Source: Candidatus Omnitrophota bacterium
GTDB taxonomy: Bacteria; Omnitrophota; Gorgyraeia; 2-02-FULL-51-18
Direction: 5' to 3'
DNA length: 64,000 nt
Assembly: GCA_945877765.1 (NCBI GenBank)
Contig: CAMDWQ010000012.1
Span: forward strand, 1-64,000
The notes under the pieces: model-generated
Databases searched by the model: none
Told to the model about the DNA's origin: nothing
The model's input: the letters and a program-made list of their open reading frames with translations, nothing else
Made by a program: the position numbers and the translations under genes
Part shown: positions 1 through 7,761 of the stretch, one piece after another
Layout of the letters: each line of letters starts with the position of its first letter
How positions within the stretch are numbered: the first letter of the stretch is position 1

Positions 1-142
1 TCGTTGTTTTGCTGATGGATACAATCGTTGGGGAGCCGCAGAACGTGTCGGGAAAGGTGGCGGCGAGGATTCGCGGGAATGAGCCAACACCCGTGCGCCA
101 CGCTTTTAACACGGGCAACACGGGGTTCGAAACTCAAAGCTG

Positions 143-215
143 TGGACCTGAGCGGGATCGAACCGCTGACCTCCTCATTGCGAACGAGGCGCTCTACCAG
201 CTGAGCTACAGGCCC
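143..215 (-). tRNA. tRNA-Ala(CGC), CCA not encoded
   Basis: Reverse complement GGGCCTGTAGCTCAGCTGGTAGAGCGCCTCGTTCGCAATGAGGAGGTCAGCGGTTCGATCCCGCTCAGGTCCA: cloverleaf, G3:U70 Ala identity pair, GTTCGA T-loop, anticodon CGC. Confidence 0.96.
178..215 (-). repeat. att core within the intact tRNA (tRNA nt 1-38)
   Basis: TTGCGAACGAGGCGCTCTACCAGCTGAGCTACAGGCCC, identical to 7762-7799. Confidence 0.93.
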
Positions 216-221
216 AAAAAT

Positions 222-251
222 CTTATACGCTTGCTATTATTGGAGTTGCAA
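222..251 (-). promoter_or_regulatory. Putative sigma70 promoter for tRNA-Ala embedded in the integrase 3' end
   Basis: TTGCAA-18 nt-TATAAG, ending 6 nt before tRNA position 1. Confidence 0.45.
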
Positions 252-1314
252 TAGTAACGGAATCCATTTCCTCTGTCAACTTTGCCGACTGTGCTAAAAC
301 TGTGATAACGTTATCCAGAATCCTCACAGCCTTCGCCTGAAAGTCCGGCGACAAGTGCGAATAGCGCTGGGTCATTTCCGTCGTCCTATGCCCCAGAAGC
401 CCCTTCACAGCAAACAAAGTCACTCCCGACATCACAAGGTGAGAGGCGAAGGTGTGCCGCAGATCATGGAAATGAAAGTCCGTGATCTTGGCGTTTGTCA
501 GCGCCGTCTCAAAAGCCTTGCGAAAGTCGTAAGTTTTGCCTTCCTCGTTCGGAAAAACCAGTGAGCTGTTGGACTGTTTCGGCTGTGCCATCAATGCACC
601 CATGGCCGAATCGTTGAGCGGTATATGCCTTTTGAAGCCGCTTTTACTGATCGCGACTACAAGTTGCCGCTTTTGAAAATCAACGTCATTCCACTGCAAC
701 TGCTGGATTTCTCCCTTACGCATGCCTGTATGGAGAGCCAAGGTAACAACGTTTCTGAGCTTTAGGTCTCTGCAAAAACCGAGAAGACGCGCTATTTCGT
801 CTTTCTCAAGATACCTTACGCGCTCGTTATTAGCCTCGTCTCCCTTGTACCGCTCCACGTCTTTCATTGGGTTGTCGTGCAAGAGCTTCCACTTGATCGC
901 CTTGTTGAACATCGTACAAAGCGTGCAAAGCTCCCGCTTGACCGATGAGCGCTTGACTACCTTTTGCCGCTCAATCTTATAATCCTCGATCATCAAAGAC
1001 GTAATCTGATACAGGAATTTCTCCCCGAAGAAAGGAATGAGGCTCGCATGGTGACTTTTATCGGCGCGCTTCCAAGATTTCTTGTAAGGAATCGCGTGCC
1101 TCTGCATGTACGTCTCTGCAAAGTCCTTGAAAAGCACCTTCTCATTCTTCTTTATATCGAGGTACTTACCCTCGGCGATCTCGGTCATCCGCTTGTGATA
1201 GAACTTTTCCGCTGATCTTTTATTCGTGGTTTCAGCCGGAACGCGGACTTGCCTTCCCTCGAAGGTATAACCCATCCAGTACTGTTTACCTCTCCGATAA
1301 ACCCCCATCGCCAT
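223..1314 (-). CDS. int: Tyrosine recombinase/phage integrase
   Basis: Catalytic motifs HTGMRKGE, HDLRHTFAS, LLGH...YSH; N-terminal arm-binding-like domain; adjacent to att. Confidence 0.96.
   Translation of the reverse strand: MAMGVYRRGKQYWMGYTFEGRQVRVPAETTNKRSAEKFYHKRMTEIAEGKYLDIKKNEKVLFKDFAETYMQRHAIPYKKSWKRADKSHHASLIPFFGEKFLYQITSLMIEDYKIERQKVVKRSSVKRELCTLCTMFNKAIKWKLLHDNPMKDVERYKGDEANNERVRYLEKDEIARLLGFCRDLKLRNVVTLALHTGMRKGEIQQLQWNDVDFQKRQLVVAISKSGFKRHIPLNDSAMGALMAQPKQSNSSLVFPNEEGKTYDFRKAFETALTNAKITDFHFHDLRHTFASHLVMSGVTLFAVKGLLGHRTTEMTQRYSHLSPDFQAKAVRILDNVITVLAQSAKLTEEMDSVTIATPIIASV
290..307. promoter_or_regulatory. Putative integrase arm-type binding site
   Basis: TGTGCTAAAACTGTGATA matches 7626-7643 at 17/18 positions. 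Confidence 0.55.
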
Positions 1315-1385
1315 CCTCTACTTTCTAAGCAGAGCGTAGGTGCTGGCGTCAGGTGCATTTAGTTTAATACACCCCCCATAACGGG

Positions 1386-1568
1386 TCAATTTATCTTCTC
1401 GACTTTGCACGCATCGAGATATTTTTCGATATCGCTTTGACGAAACTTAACCAAGCGCCCGATCTTCACGAATGGAATCTTCTTTTCGCTTACCCACTTG
1501 TACAACGTGCTAACGCTTACGCCCAACATTTCCGAAATGTCCTTAATACCCATCAGCTTCTCTGCCAT
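1386..1568 (-). CDS. Excisionase-like HTH_17/MerR-type DNA-binding protein
   Basis: 60 aa, LGVSVSTLYKWV...IPFVKIGRLVKF motif, directly upstream of int. Confidence 0.88.
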   Translation of the reverse strand: MAEKLMGIKDISEMLGVSVSTLYKWVSEKKIPFVKIGRLVKFRQSDIEKYLDACKVEKIN

Positions 1569-1687
1569 GTGACTTTGCTCCCATTACTTGGGCTTGACCC
1601 AAGTCGAGTGGTCGCTCCGTGCATGAGCAGAATCGCCTGCCCCCGGCATTGTCCGAATGCCAAAAAACTACAAACAGCCCCAAAGGA

Positions 1688-1764
1688 ACACCAGATCCAC
1701 CAGTAACACCAGATGAGTCCTCACCCGGCAACTGGAGGTTCTGGTGTTTCTGAGGCATCTGGTT
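1688..1764. repeat. Convergent 9-bp-period iterons, putative replication origin
   Basis: CCAG at 1691, 1700, 1709 facing CTGG/CTGA at 1732, 1741, 1750, 1759. Confidence 0.55.
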
Positions 1765-3037
1765 CTTTTCCAAGCCCAAACGATCGAGCAAGTTTGTTGA
1801 TTCTAGACAAATCCCACAGGATCGCCGATGAGCCGTTGGCGGTTTTTGCTTTCTGAAAGCCAAGAGCACCCAAGACTCGTCCGATTTTGGTAGGCGTGAG
1901 CGTGTATTCTCTAACCGTATTTACTAAAGCTGTAATTGCCATAACGGGTAAAGCGCCGTTGACGACGGCATAGTCCAGGCCGAGTATGGCTTCTATAATT
2001 TGCGCTTCCAAGCTTAGGGCTCTTTCGTTGCGTTTTTCCTGCATGACGCGGCTCACATATTCCACAAAAATCTCCTCACGTTCTGGCCGCGCTAAACGTA
2101 TGACTTGATGTAACGGCTTCAAAACATCACCCAAACGGCCTTTATCGGGTTTGCGAATGTCTGGCAACTGCTTTCCGAGATGCCGGGCCCGGAATGCTAC
2201 AAGGCGCTCACGCAAAGGTAAGCAAATATCCTCCGTAACTTCGTTCTCGAAGTTTTTCTCCGTTGGCAACATTGAAATAGTCAAGCCGCGAGTTTCTAAT
2301 GTGTCGTCGATCGGCTCATTTGTTGCAAGGACTGTCGGCCCAAAGACTGTATAGTACTTGGTGTCTTTGAAACTACCTTTGTCTGGATTGAGAACACGTG
2401 GAACTTTCATTCCCTTCATAAAGCGCCCCAGGAGCGCATCCTGGCTTTGATTCTGAAGTGCCGTTTGCCATACATCTTTAACATCTGCAAAAAGTGAACA
2501 GCCGAGATCATGCCCAATACGTAGCAGATACGCTTCACGGAGAGAAGTGGCGTGAAACCCTCGATAGGCAACGAATATCATCCCTTGCCCTGTACGTGTT
2601 TTTCCACGTTCTGCTACCGAATAAAAGCAAATGATCGGTGAAAATCGAACAGCCTCCAACATGTACGTGTGCATAACCCAAGCGGCAAGGAGGTCGTACT
2701 GCGCTTCGTCGGGCAATTCTGAAATTGCTCTGTGATGTTGTAAGAGTTCATCGTAGAGCGCGGCATCAACAACGTTTGGCGCTAAAGATACCTCGGCATT
2801 GTAAATTCGGAGGACTTCCTGAGCTCGTGGAAGTCGCCAGGGTACCTCGGGCGGGGGCAAGATAGTTTCTTGGTCAAATGAATAGCGCTCGTACACGGTG
2901 AGTTCATTACCTTCTTTAACGAGAAACGCGGGATGCCCTTTGAATTCTACAAGATCAACGAGTCCATCAAAGTAAGCAGTATAGGTGACTTGCGGAGAAC
3001 GGCTGTGATTGGTATTTAACATCTTATATCTCCTCAT
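1721..3037 (-). CDS. Satellite/IME replication ATPase-like protein (DUF3631/primase-associated type), no primase domain evident
   Basis: W..HTY...PII.F.SVAERGKT Walker A-like motif, VFGPTVLATN, C-terminal winged-helix-like segment; position upstream of xis-int. Confidence 0.6.
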   Translation of the reverse strand: MRRYKMLNTNHSRSPQVTYTAYFDGLVDLVEFKGHPAFLVKEGNELTVYERYSFDQETILPPPEVPWRLPRAQEVLRIYNAEVSLAPNVVDAALYDELLQHHRAISELPDEAQYDLLAAWVMHTYMLEAVRFSPIICFYSVAERGKTRTGQGMIFVAYRGFHATSLREAYLLRIGHDLGCSLFADVKDVWQTALQNQSQDALLGRFMKGMKVPRVLNPDKGSFKDTKYYTVFGPTVLATNEPIDDTLETRGLTISMLPTEKNFENEVTEDICLPLRERLVAFRARHLGKQLPDIRKPDKGRLGDVLKPLHQVIRLARPEREEIFVEYVSRVMQEKRNERALSLEAQIIEAILGLDYAVVNGALPVMAITALVNTVREYTLTPTKIGRVLGALGFQKAKTANGSSAILWDLSRINKLARSFGLGKEPDASETPEPPVAG

Positions 3038-3054
3038 TTTTTTGAGAGCGTAAG

Positions 3055-3282
3055 TTAACGTTGAAAAACCATATCCTTTAGCGTTCTGTACGCATCGGAG
3101 TAAACCTTCGCCTTTACACTGCCCCCGTTGTAGTAATCAAGGGCATCTTTATGGACTTTGTCGCTGTCCTCAAAAAGTAGCGTGACTTTAGAGCCTGTGG
3201 TTTCTTTGCCAGCAATTGAGTGGCCTTTGGAAAGAAGATAACTTGCTTCGTAGAGGTTTTGCGTTTTATAGAAGTTCTTCAT
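3055..3282 (-). CDS. Small DUF5659-like protein
   Basis: 75 aa, T.NLYEASYLL...V.LLFE...Y...Y..LK pattern typical of phage/IME DUF5659. Confidence 0.6.
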   Translation of the reverse strand: MKNFYKTQNLYEASYLLSKGHSIAGKETTGSKVTLLFEDSDKVHKDALDYYNGGSVKAKVYSDAYRTLKDMVFQR

Positions 3283-3313
3283 CTCTATTTCCTTTTGGAT
3301 CGCTCAGCCAGAC

Positions 3314-3417
3314 AAAAAAGGCCAGGCGATCGCTGTTTGTTTCAGCTTCGCCCGGCCTATGTATATAAAATAAAAGCGCCGCAACGAAACAATATGATTC
3401 TTTGTTTTCGCTGCGGC
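3314..3417 (-). terminator. Two tandem hairpin + U-tract terminators in the leader of the DUF5659-rep-xis-int operon
   Basis: GCCGCAGCGAAAACAA...TTGTTTCGTTGCGGC-GCTTTT and GGCCGGGCGAAGCTG...CAGCGATCGCCTGGCC-TTTTTT. Confidence 0.6.
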
Positions 3418-3507
3418 TTGACTTGTTTGTCAGTCGCTTATTTTTTGGCTTACTTCTGCTCCTGCGAAATTATCGCATCACGCACGAGCACTCCAAAACC
3501 TAGTGTT

Positions 3508-3535
3508 ATAATACCACGACACACAAAAATATCAA
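3508..3535 (-). promoter_or_regulatory. Putative promoter of the element core operon
   Basis: TTGATA-16 nt-TATTAT with TGn extension. Confidence 0.4.
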
Positions 3536-3565
3536 GCGTCTTTACCCGAAGAAACTTCTCATGGG

Positions 3566-3979
3566 TTATTTAGAGCTTTTTTCTCGCCGTACAGATTCAA
3601 GCTTATTTAACCATAAAGCAAACAACTCACGAAGGATTTGCAAGGCGGCGGTTAGAAAACCAACCAGAAGTATCAGGTACGCCCAGACAACCTGCGCAAA
3701 AAGCCACAGGAAGAACATCATAACCAATCCACTCATCAAGCCATCGAAAGAAAATATTTTTCTGCGGTACTTAACAATAGCGAAGAGCGCTGCAGTGAAC
3801 GCGCATAAGGCGAATACTAAATATCTATTCTGGGCTGTAAAAAAAGGCGCCCCGCAGATAAGCGCTCCAAATATGGTGAAACAAGTGGGAAGATTATCAG
3901 AATTCTCATCCTGAGAAAGAATAAAAAAGTGGGGGTATCGAATAACCTCCCAAACATTTTCAAGGATCTTCATACTCAC
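3566..3979 (-). CDS. Hypothetical multi-pass membrane protein
   Basis: 137 aa, about four hydrophobic segments. Confidence 0.6.
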   Translation of the reverse strand: MSMKILENVWEVIRYPHFFILSQDENSDNLPTCFTIFGALICGAPFFTAQNRYLVFALCAFTAALFAIVKYRRKIFSFDGLMSGLVMMFFLWLFAQVVWAYLILLVGFLTAALQILRELFALWLNKLESVRREKSSK

Positions 3980-4099
3980 CCTTCATAACGATTTGTTTCA
4001 TTTCCTTTCTGATACGACTCAAGTTCTCCGCTCGGAAAGTTTTTGCTCATACTTATAACTCATTTTATCCGGTAGCCCTCAAGGCAGGCAAGAAGTATT

Positions 4100-4116
4100 A
4101 CGAAGTATCACTTCGT
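4100..4116. promoter_or_regulatory. Palindromic operator upstream of the XRE gene
   Basis: Perfect ACGAAGT-ATC-ACTTCGT. Confidence 0.55.
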
Positions 4117-4151
4117 GGTTAGTTTTCACTGATAGCCAGATAATTAGAGGC

Positions 4152-4370
4152 ATAACAACCCCGAAGATAAGGCTCCAATTAGCGGAGAAGTTAAAGCGAG
4201 AGCGCCGAAGGGCTAAACTTACTCAGGAAGAAATGGCAGAATTGGTCGGCGTCAGTACGAGGTTTTATCAGATGCTTGAATCGAAAAAACCGACCGCGAT
4301 CCCGGTCGACACCCTTGAAAAACTTGCCAAGGCGTTGAAGACTACGCCCTCCAAACTGCTCAACTTTTAA
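4152..4370 (+). CDS. XRE/Cro-C1 HTH regulator (C-protein-like), missed by the ORF track, probable non-canonical start
   Basis: Hand translation ITTPKIRLQLAEKLKRERRRAKLTQEEMAELVGVSTRFYQMLESKKPTAIPVDTLEKLAKALKTTPSKLLNF*. Confidence 0.8.
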   Translation: MTTPKIRLQLAEKLKRERRRAKLTQEEMAELVGVSTRFYQMLESKKPTAIPVDTLEKLAKALKTTPSKLLNF

Positions 4371-4380
4371 GCCGCAATGG

Positions 4381-5568
4381 TCAATCTGTAGCCGCCGGGC
4401 TATCCTCAAACCAATTAGGGATTTTGCCGTACTGATCGGCGGCACGGTGTATAGCTTGTATTGATTCTGGGTGAGTGGGCCTAATTTTTGGATGAAGTGG
4501 AAATACTGACAACGTATCCTTACCAGGGTCCGGCTCAAGGTCTCGAGCATAATGCTGAGGATGGTTTGTAAAAACCGCCAAATTGAACTTATCCGGATTT
4601 TGCGTGCTCGGAAGCCCGGTCAGCACGCTAAAAGTGTCCATAATTTCTTTAGCCCACGGCTTCTCCAGCGATCCTCTACCTGTTACATGCGGGAGATTCA
4701 GATCAATAAATATAACTTTAGGATCAGTAGTAGGCTTATCTAGCGCACTCCGCAGCAGTGGCTCAATATCGGCCTTTTGTTCATGTGGTGCTTTAAAAAG
4801 CCCTCCCAGAAACCCCTTCACCCCGCGCCGATGTCTACTTTTTGCCTCGACCGCAACCCTTTGGCCGGTTACTTCATGAACGCCAATGAACTCATGATGC
4901 TTTCGCGTGTTGTCCGATTCGTCCTCATACTTTAGCTTATACCCAGCTCGTATACAGGCCGCCGCTACAAATAGCTCATATCTTGCACCCTGAAACTGCT
5001 TGGGGTCTTTAAGCCTCTTGACGACATCGGCCTGTAGTGACTGATGGTCATCCAGTCTGTAGAGGTCATGAGCGAGATGCAGATAGGCGGCGGCACTGCC
5101 ACTGGGAATGCCTCCGTAAAGACCATGTTCGTTCACCGGCTGTGCTTGCTGATAAAGACAGAGACCGTTATACCATTTGAGAATCTCATGCCGATCCTTC
5201 AAAGGCTTTAGTATTTCTTTCTTGCCCCAGTCGTCGCTTTTGTTCAATACGTGCGTAATATAATAGAATAGGAAATCCGGCACGGTTTTCCATTTTTTTG
5301 AGTAATGCATGGTGCTGTGCACCGCGACGAACCTGTAACCCTGATACATCGCACTAATAATAGGCCGCCCAAATCCGTATTCCGCGGCGTGGGCAGCCTC
5401 GCGGAGCTGCTGTTCGCGCATGATCTCTTTGTATTTTTCAAGAAGTTCTGGCGACATCTCGCTATAAGGCTGAGCCTTGTCAAGCTTGAATGGTTTATCG
5501 CGACAACATTTTTTATACTTCTTTCCGCTGCCGCACGTGCAAGGGTCATTCCGACCGATATCAGCCAT
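4381..5568 (-). CDS. SEC-C motif protein with putative PD-(D/E)XK nuclease domain
   Basis: GRNDPCTCGSGKKYKKCC at N-terminus; ARYELFVA...HHEF...VAVEAKSR resembles a restriction-endonuclease-fold active site. Confidence 0.65.
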   Translation of the reverse strand: MADIGRNDPCTCGSGKKYKKCCRDKPFKLDKAQPYSEMSPELLEKYKEIMREQQLREAAHAAEYGFGRPIISAMYQGYRFVAVHSTMHYSKKWKTVPDFLFYYITHVLNKSDDWGKKEILKPLKDRHEILKWYNGLCLYQQAQPVNEHGLYGGIPSGSAAAYLHLAHDLYRLDDHQSLQADVVKRLKDPKQFQGARYELFVAAACIRAGYKLKYEDESDNTRKHHEFIGVHEVTGQRVAVEAKSRHRRGVKGFLGGLFKAPHEQKADIEPLLRSALDKPTTDPKVIFIDLNLPHVTGRGSLEKPWAKEIMDTFSVLTGLPSTQNPDKFNLAVFTNHPQHYARDLEPDPGKDTLSVFPLHPKIRPTHPESIQAIHRAADQYGKIPNWFEDSPAATD

Positions 5569-5586
5569 CTAATTTTCCTATTGAAC

Positions 5587-5617
5587 AAAAAGGGGGAGCG
5601 TTTTTTAGGCGCTCCCC
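5587..5617 (-). terminator. Intrinsic terminator after the AIPR gene
   Basis: GGGGAGCG-loop-CGCTCCCC followed by CTTTTT. Confidence 0.7.
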
Positions 5618-5645
5618 GGATATCACATCAAATTATATAAACTAA

Positions 5646-6908
5646 TTACTTCGTACGGCCGCCTTTACTCGCCAAGCAATGGGTCATATACTCCGCCCAG
5701 ACATGCGCCGACATAGCCTCCCAAACAACCCCCGACTTTCCGACTTTATCAAGGTTGTAATTGGCATCAACTGTTTGAAGGCGCAGGGTTTGATAGAGCT
5801 TTGGCCCTACCTTATCTGCAATGGTATACCAGACAGACGGATTTTCGCGCTCGCTTAGTACCATTTTTGTGAATGAATATGCAAGCGGCAAAAGCCACGA
5901 CTTAAGCACCTTATATCTGATCGTTTTCTTCAGAAAAACTAGCGTAGTGCTACCAGTCATAATGCCAGCTACATTTCCGAAGCCCGACTTTTTCTTGGGT
6001 TTCTTTTCTTCAGTCGCCTCGTCATATAAGTTAGCTCTTCCCTCTGCTTCGTTATACCAGTCCTCGAACCTGGAATGGATATAATCCACGAACTTAAGAT
6101 ATTCGAAAGCAACATCTCGGATGCTCTTAAGACCAGCCATTAAGCCATCCGGCCTCTTATCCGTTTTGAGATCGCTTATCATCTTTCCTGGACCGTTATA
6201 ACAACGAATTTTCGATTCAAGCTTCGGGTTCAGTAAAGAAAGAGTGGCTATCACGTCTTGCCCGTTTACATCGCCTGAAAGATCGAACTGCCTCCAATTA
6301 ATTTGACCGTAAACTCCCTTATCTTTCAGGATGTCCGTGAACCAGTTCAGATCATCCGATAAGATCAGAAGGCTCAGGTCCTTAACAGACATATTGGTAT
6401 TTCTTGCGCCTACAAGGTCAGCTAGCTTTTGCGGATCGATACCTGTAAGAACCTCCAGGGTCACGTGCTGACGATCACCGGCGGCGGTTGGGTTGATCCA
6501 ATCGCCAGACTGGAGCATATCCATAATAACTTTGTTTGTGTGGCCGCCATCCAAATTACCAAACGTGCTTTCAATTGGAGAAACCTCGTTTTTTAGAAAC
6601 GATAAACGAAGCTCGTTCTTGACGTTATCGTATTCCGCTTCGTGCGCGTTCAAAACAATCCCACGATTGTAGTACATGAACCATCCAGGCTCCGTCTTCA
6701 AACCCTCACGTATCGCCTGCGCGACTTTGGTGTCCATACTTTGATTACGTGGGTTTGGACCAAATGTGATAGCGGCCTTGCTTATCTCGTCCACGGAAAC
6801 CTGGGCGATGATGCGCTTTCTGCCCCTGCCATTAGGGTCAGGAAACGTCTTGCAGTGATCGGGTTGAACTTTGATTGATACGGTAATAGGGGAGAGAACT
6901 GATGCCAT
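5646..6908 (-). CDS. AIPR family protein (abortive-infection phage resistance, ParB-like)
   Basis: NPR...AI...L...P.WFMYYNRGI, NLDGGHT and ARNTN motifs. Confidence 0.8.
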   Translation of the reverse strand: MASVLSPITVSIKVQPDHCKTFPDPNGRGRKRIIAQVSVDEISKAAITFGPNPRNQSMDTKVAQAIREGLKTEPGWFMYYNRGIVLNAHEAEYDNVKNELRLSFLKNEVSPIESTFGNLDGGHTNKVIMDMLQSGDWINPTAAGDRQHVTLEVLTGIDPQKLADLVGARNTNMSVKDLSLLILSDDLNWFTDILKDKGVYGQINWRQFDLSGDVNGQDVIATLSLLNPKLESKIRCYNGPGKMISDLKTDKRPDGLMAGLKSIRDVAFEYLKFVDYIHSRFEDWYNEAEGRANLYDEATEEKKPKKKSGFGNVAGIMTGSTTLVFLKKTIRYKVLKSWLLPLAYSFTKMVLSERENPSVWYTIADKVGPKLYQTLRLQTVDANYNLDKVGKSGVVWEAMSAHVWAEYMTHCLASKGGRTK

Positions 6909-7007
6909 GGTGAGACTCCTTTAATATCCCGGTAATTAGTTCAAGCACTAGCTGATGCCGAGTACGCCATCAACAGCACTGCTCGCTCTCATGAGCCAGC
7001 TGATACA

Positions 7008-7038
7008 TAACGTACCACGCTAGCGATGATTTGTCGAC
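7008..7038 (-). promoter_or_regulatory. Putative promoter of the AIPR gene
   Basis: TCGACA-17 nt-TACGTT with TGn extension. Confidence 0.4.
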
Positions 7039-7182
7039 CCATTTTTTTGATACATGATAATTTTGAGAATTCCAAAAATAGATGCTTTAAATACCAAATT
7101 GAGGCGGGATTAATTCACCGGGGAAGCGGCTCCGAGTTCGCCATCCTCGGTAGCGTCCTTCGGCGCTCTCTCGGCACAGCCA

Positions 7183-7210
7183 ATATCCGATAATCGCGAT
7201 TATCCGACAT
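7183..7210. other. Self-symmetric dif-like site (XerC-type arms)
   Basis: ATATCCGATAA-TCGCGA-TTATCCGACAT (11-6-11). Confidence 0.45.
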
Positions 7211-7250
7211 TGTCCTTGGCTCACCCTCCGCACGTCCTCGCACTCGCTCG

Positions 7251-7277
7251 GATTGACATAAGTATCTTATGTCAACT
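7251..7277. other. Self-symmetric dif-like site (XerD-type arms)
   Basis: GATTGACATAA-GTATC-TTATGTCAACT (11-5-11); arms resemble E. coli XerD site TTATGTTAAAT. Confidence 0.5.
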
Positions 7278-7625
7278 TCCCGTGGCGACTTCAATCATTA
7301 GGTGGTAGCGCACAGGAGCGACCATTTTTGGTGCCGGGTATAGCAGCGGACTTATTATACATTGATGGTACCTTTGGGGGGATACCGGCGGCTCCTACCC
7401 CTACAAGAAATTAATTCTATTTGATCAGACCGTTAACGGGGGCAGAGATAGAAAAGGATAAAGAGGCTCGCTTCCTCGCTCCTCCCTCTAAGAGATCACA
7501 GCGCTCAGCACATAAAGTACACAAGTATGGCACAGCAAGTCACAGCACGGCACAGGAAGTACACATACTGCCCCCGTCAGCGAAAAGAACGCCCACCGCC
7601 AATACCTACGCTCTGCTCGGTTCAT

Positions 7626-7643
7626 TGTGATAAAACTGTGATA
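7626..7643. promoter_or_regulatory. Putative integrase arm-type binding site
   Basis: TGTGATAAAACTGTGATA, partner of 290-307. Confidence 0.55.
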
Positions 7644-7761
7644 GAACTAAGGAAAAACAAGGAATATCACGACAAAGACAGGTTAGATGAAAAACCGTAA
7701 GTGCTTGAAACTACAATGTAGCGGAGAATATAAGATAATCAGGGACAAAGCTCGGTTCACT

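Noticed and set aside
88-135. Hairpin and GGTTCGAA T-loop-like motif downstream of the tRNA
   Set aside because: Could not build a cloverleaf; context is cut by the window edge
9-254. 81-aa plus-strand ORF
   Set aside because: Runs antisense through the tRNA; spurious
4381-5568. SecA or YchJ call from the SEC-C motif
   Set aside because: Only the ~20-aa motif is shared; no helicase or NTF2-like body
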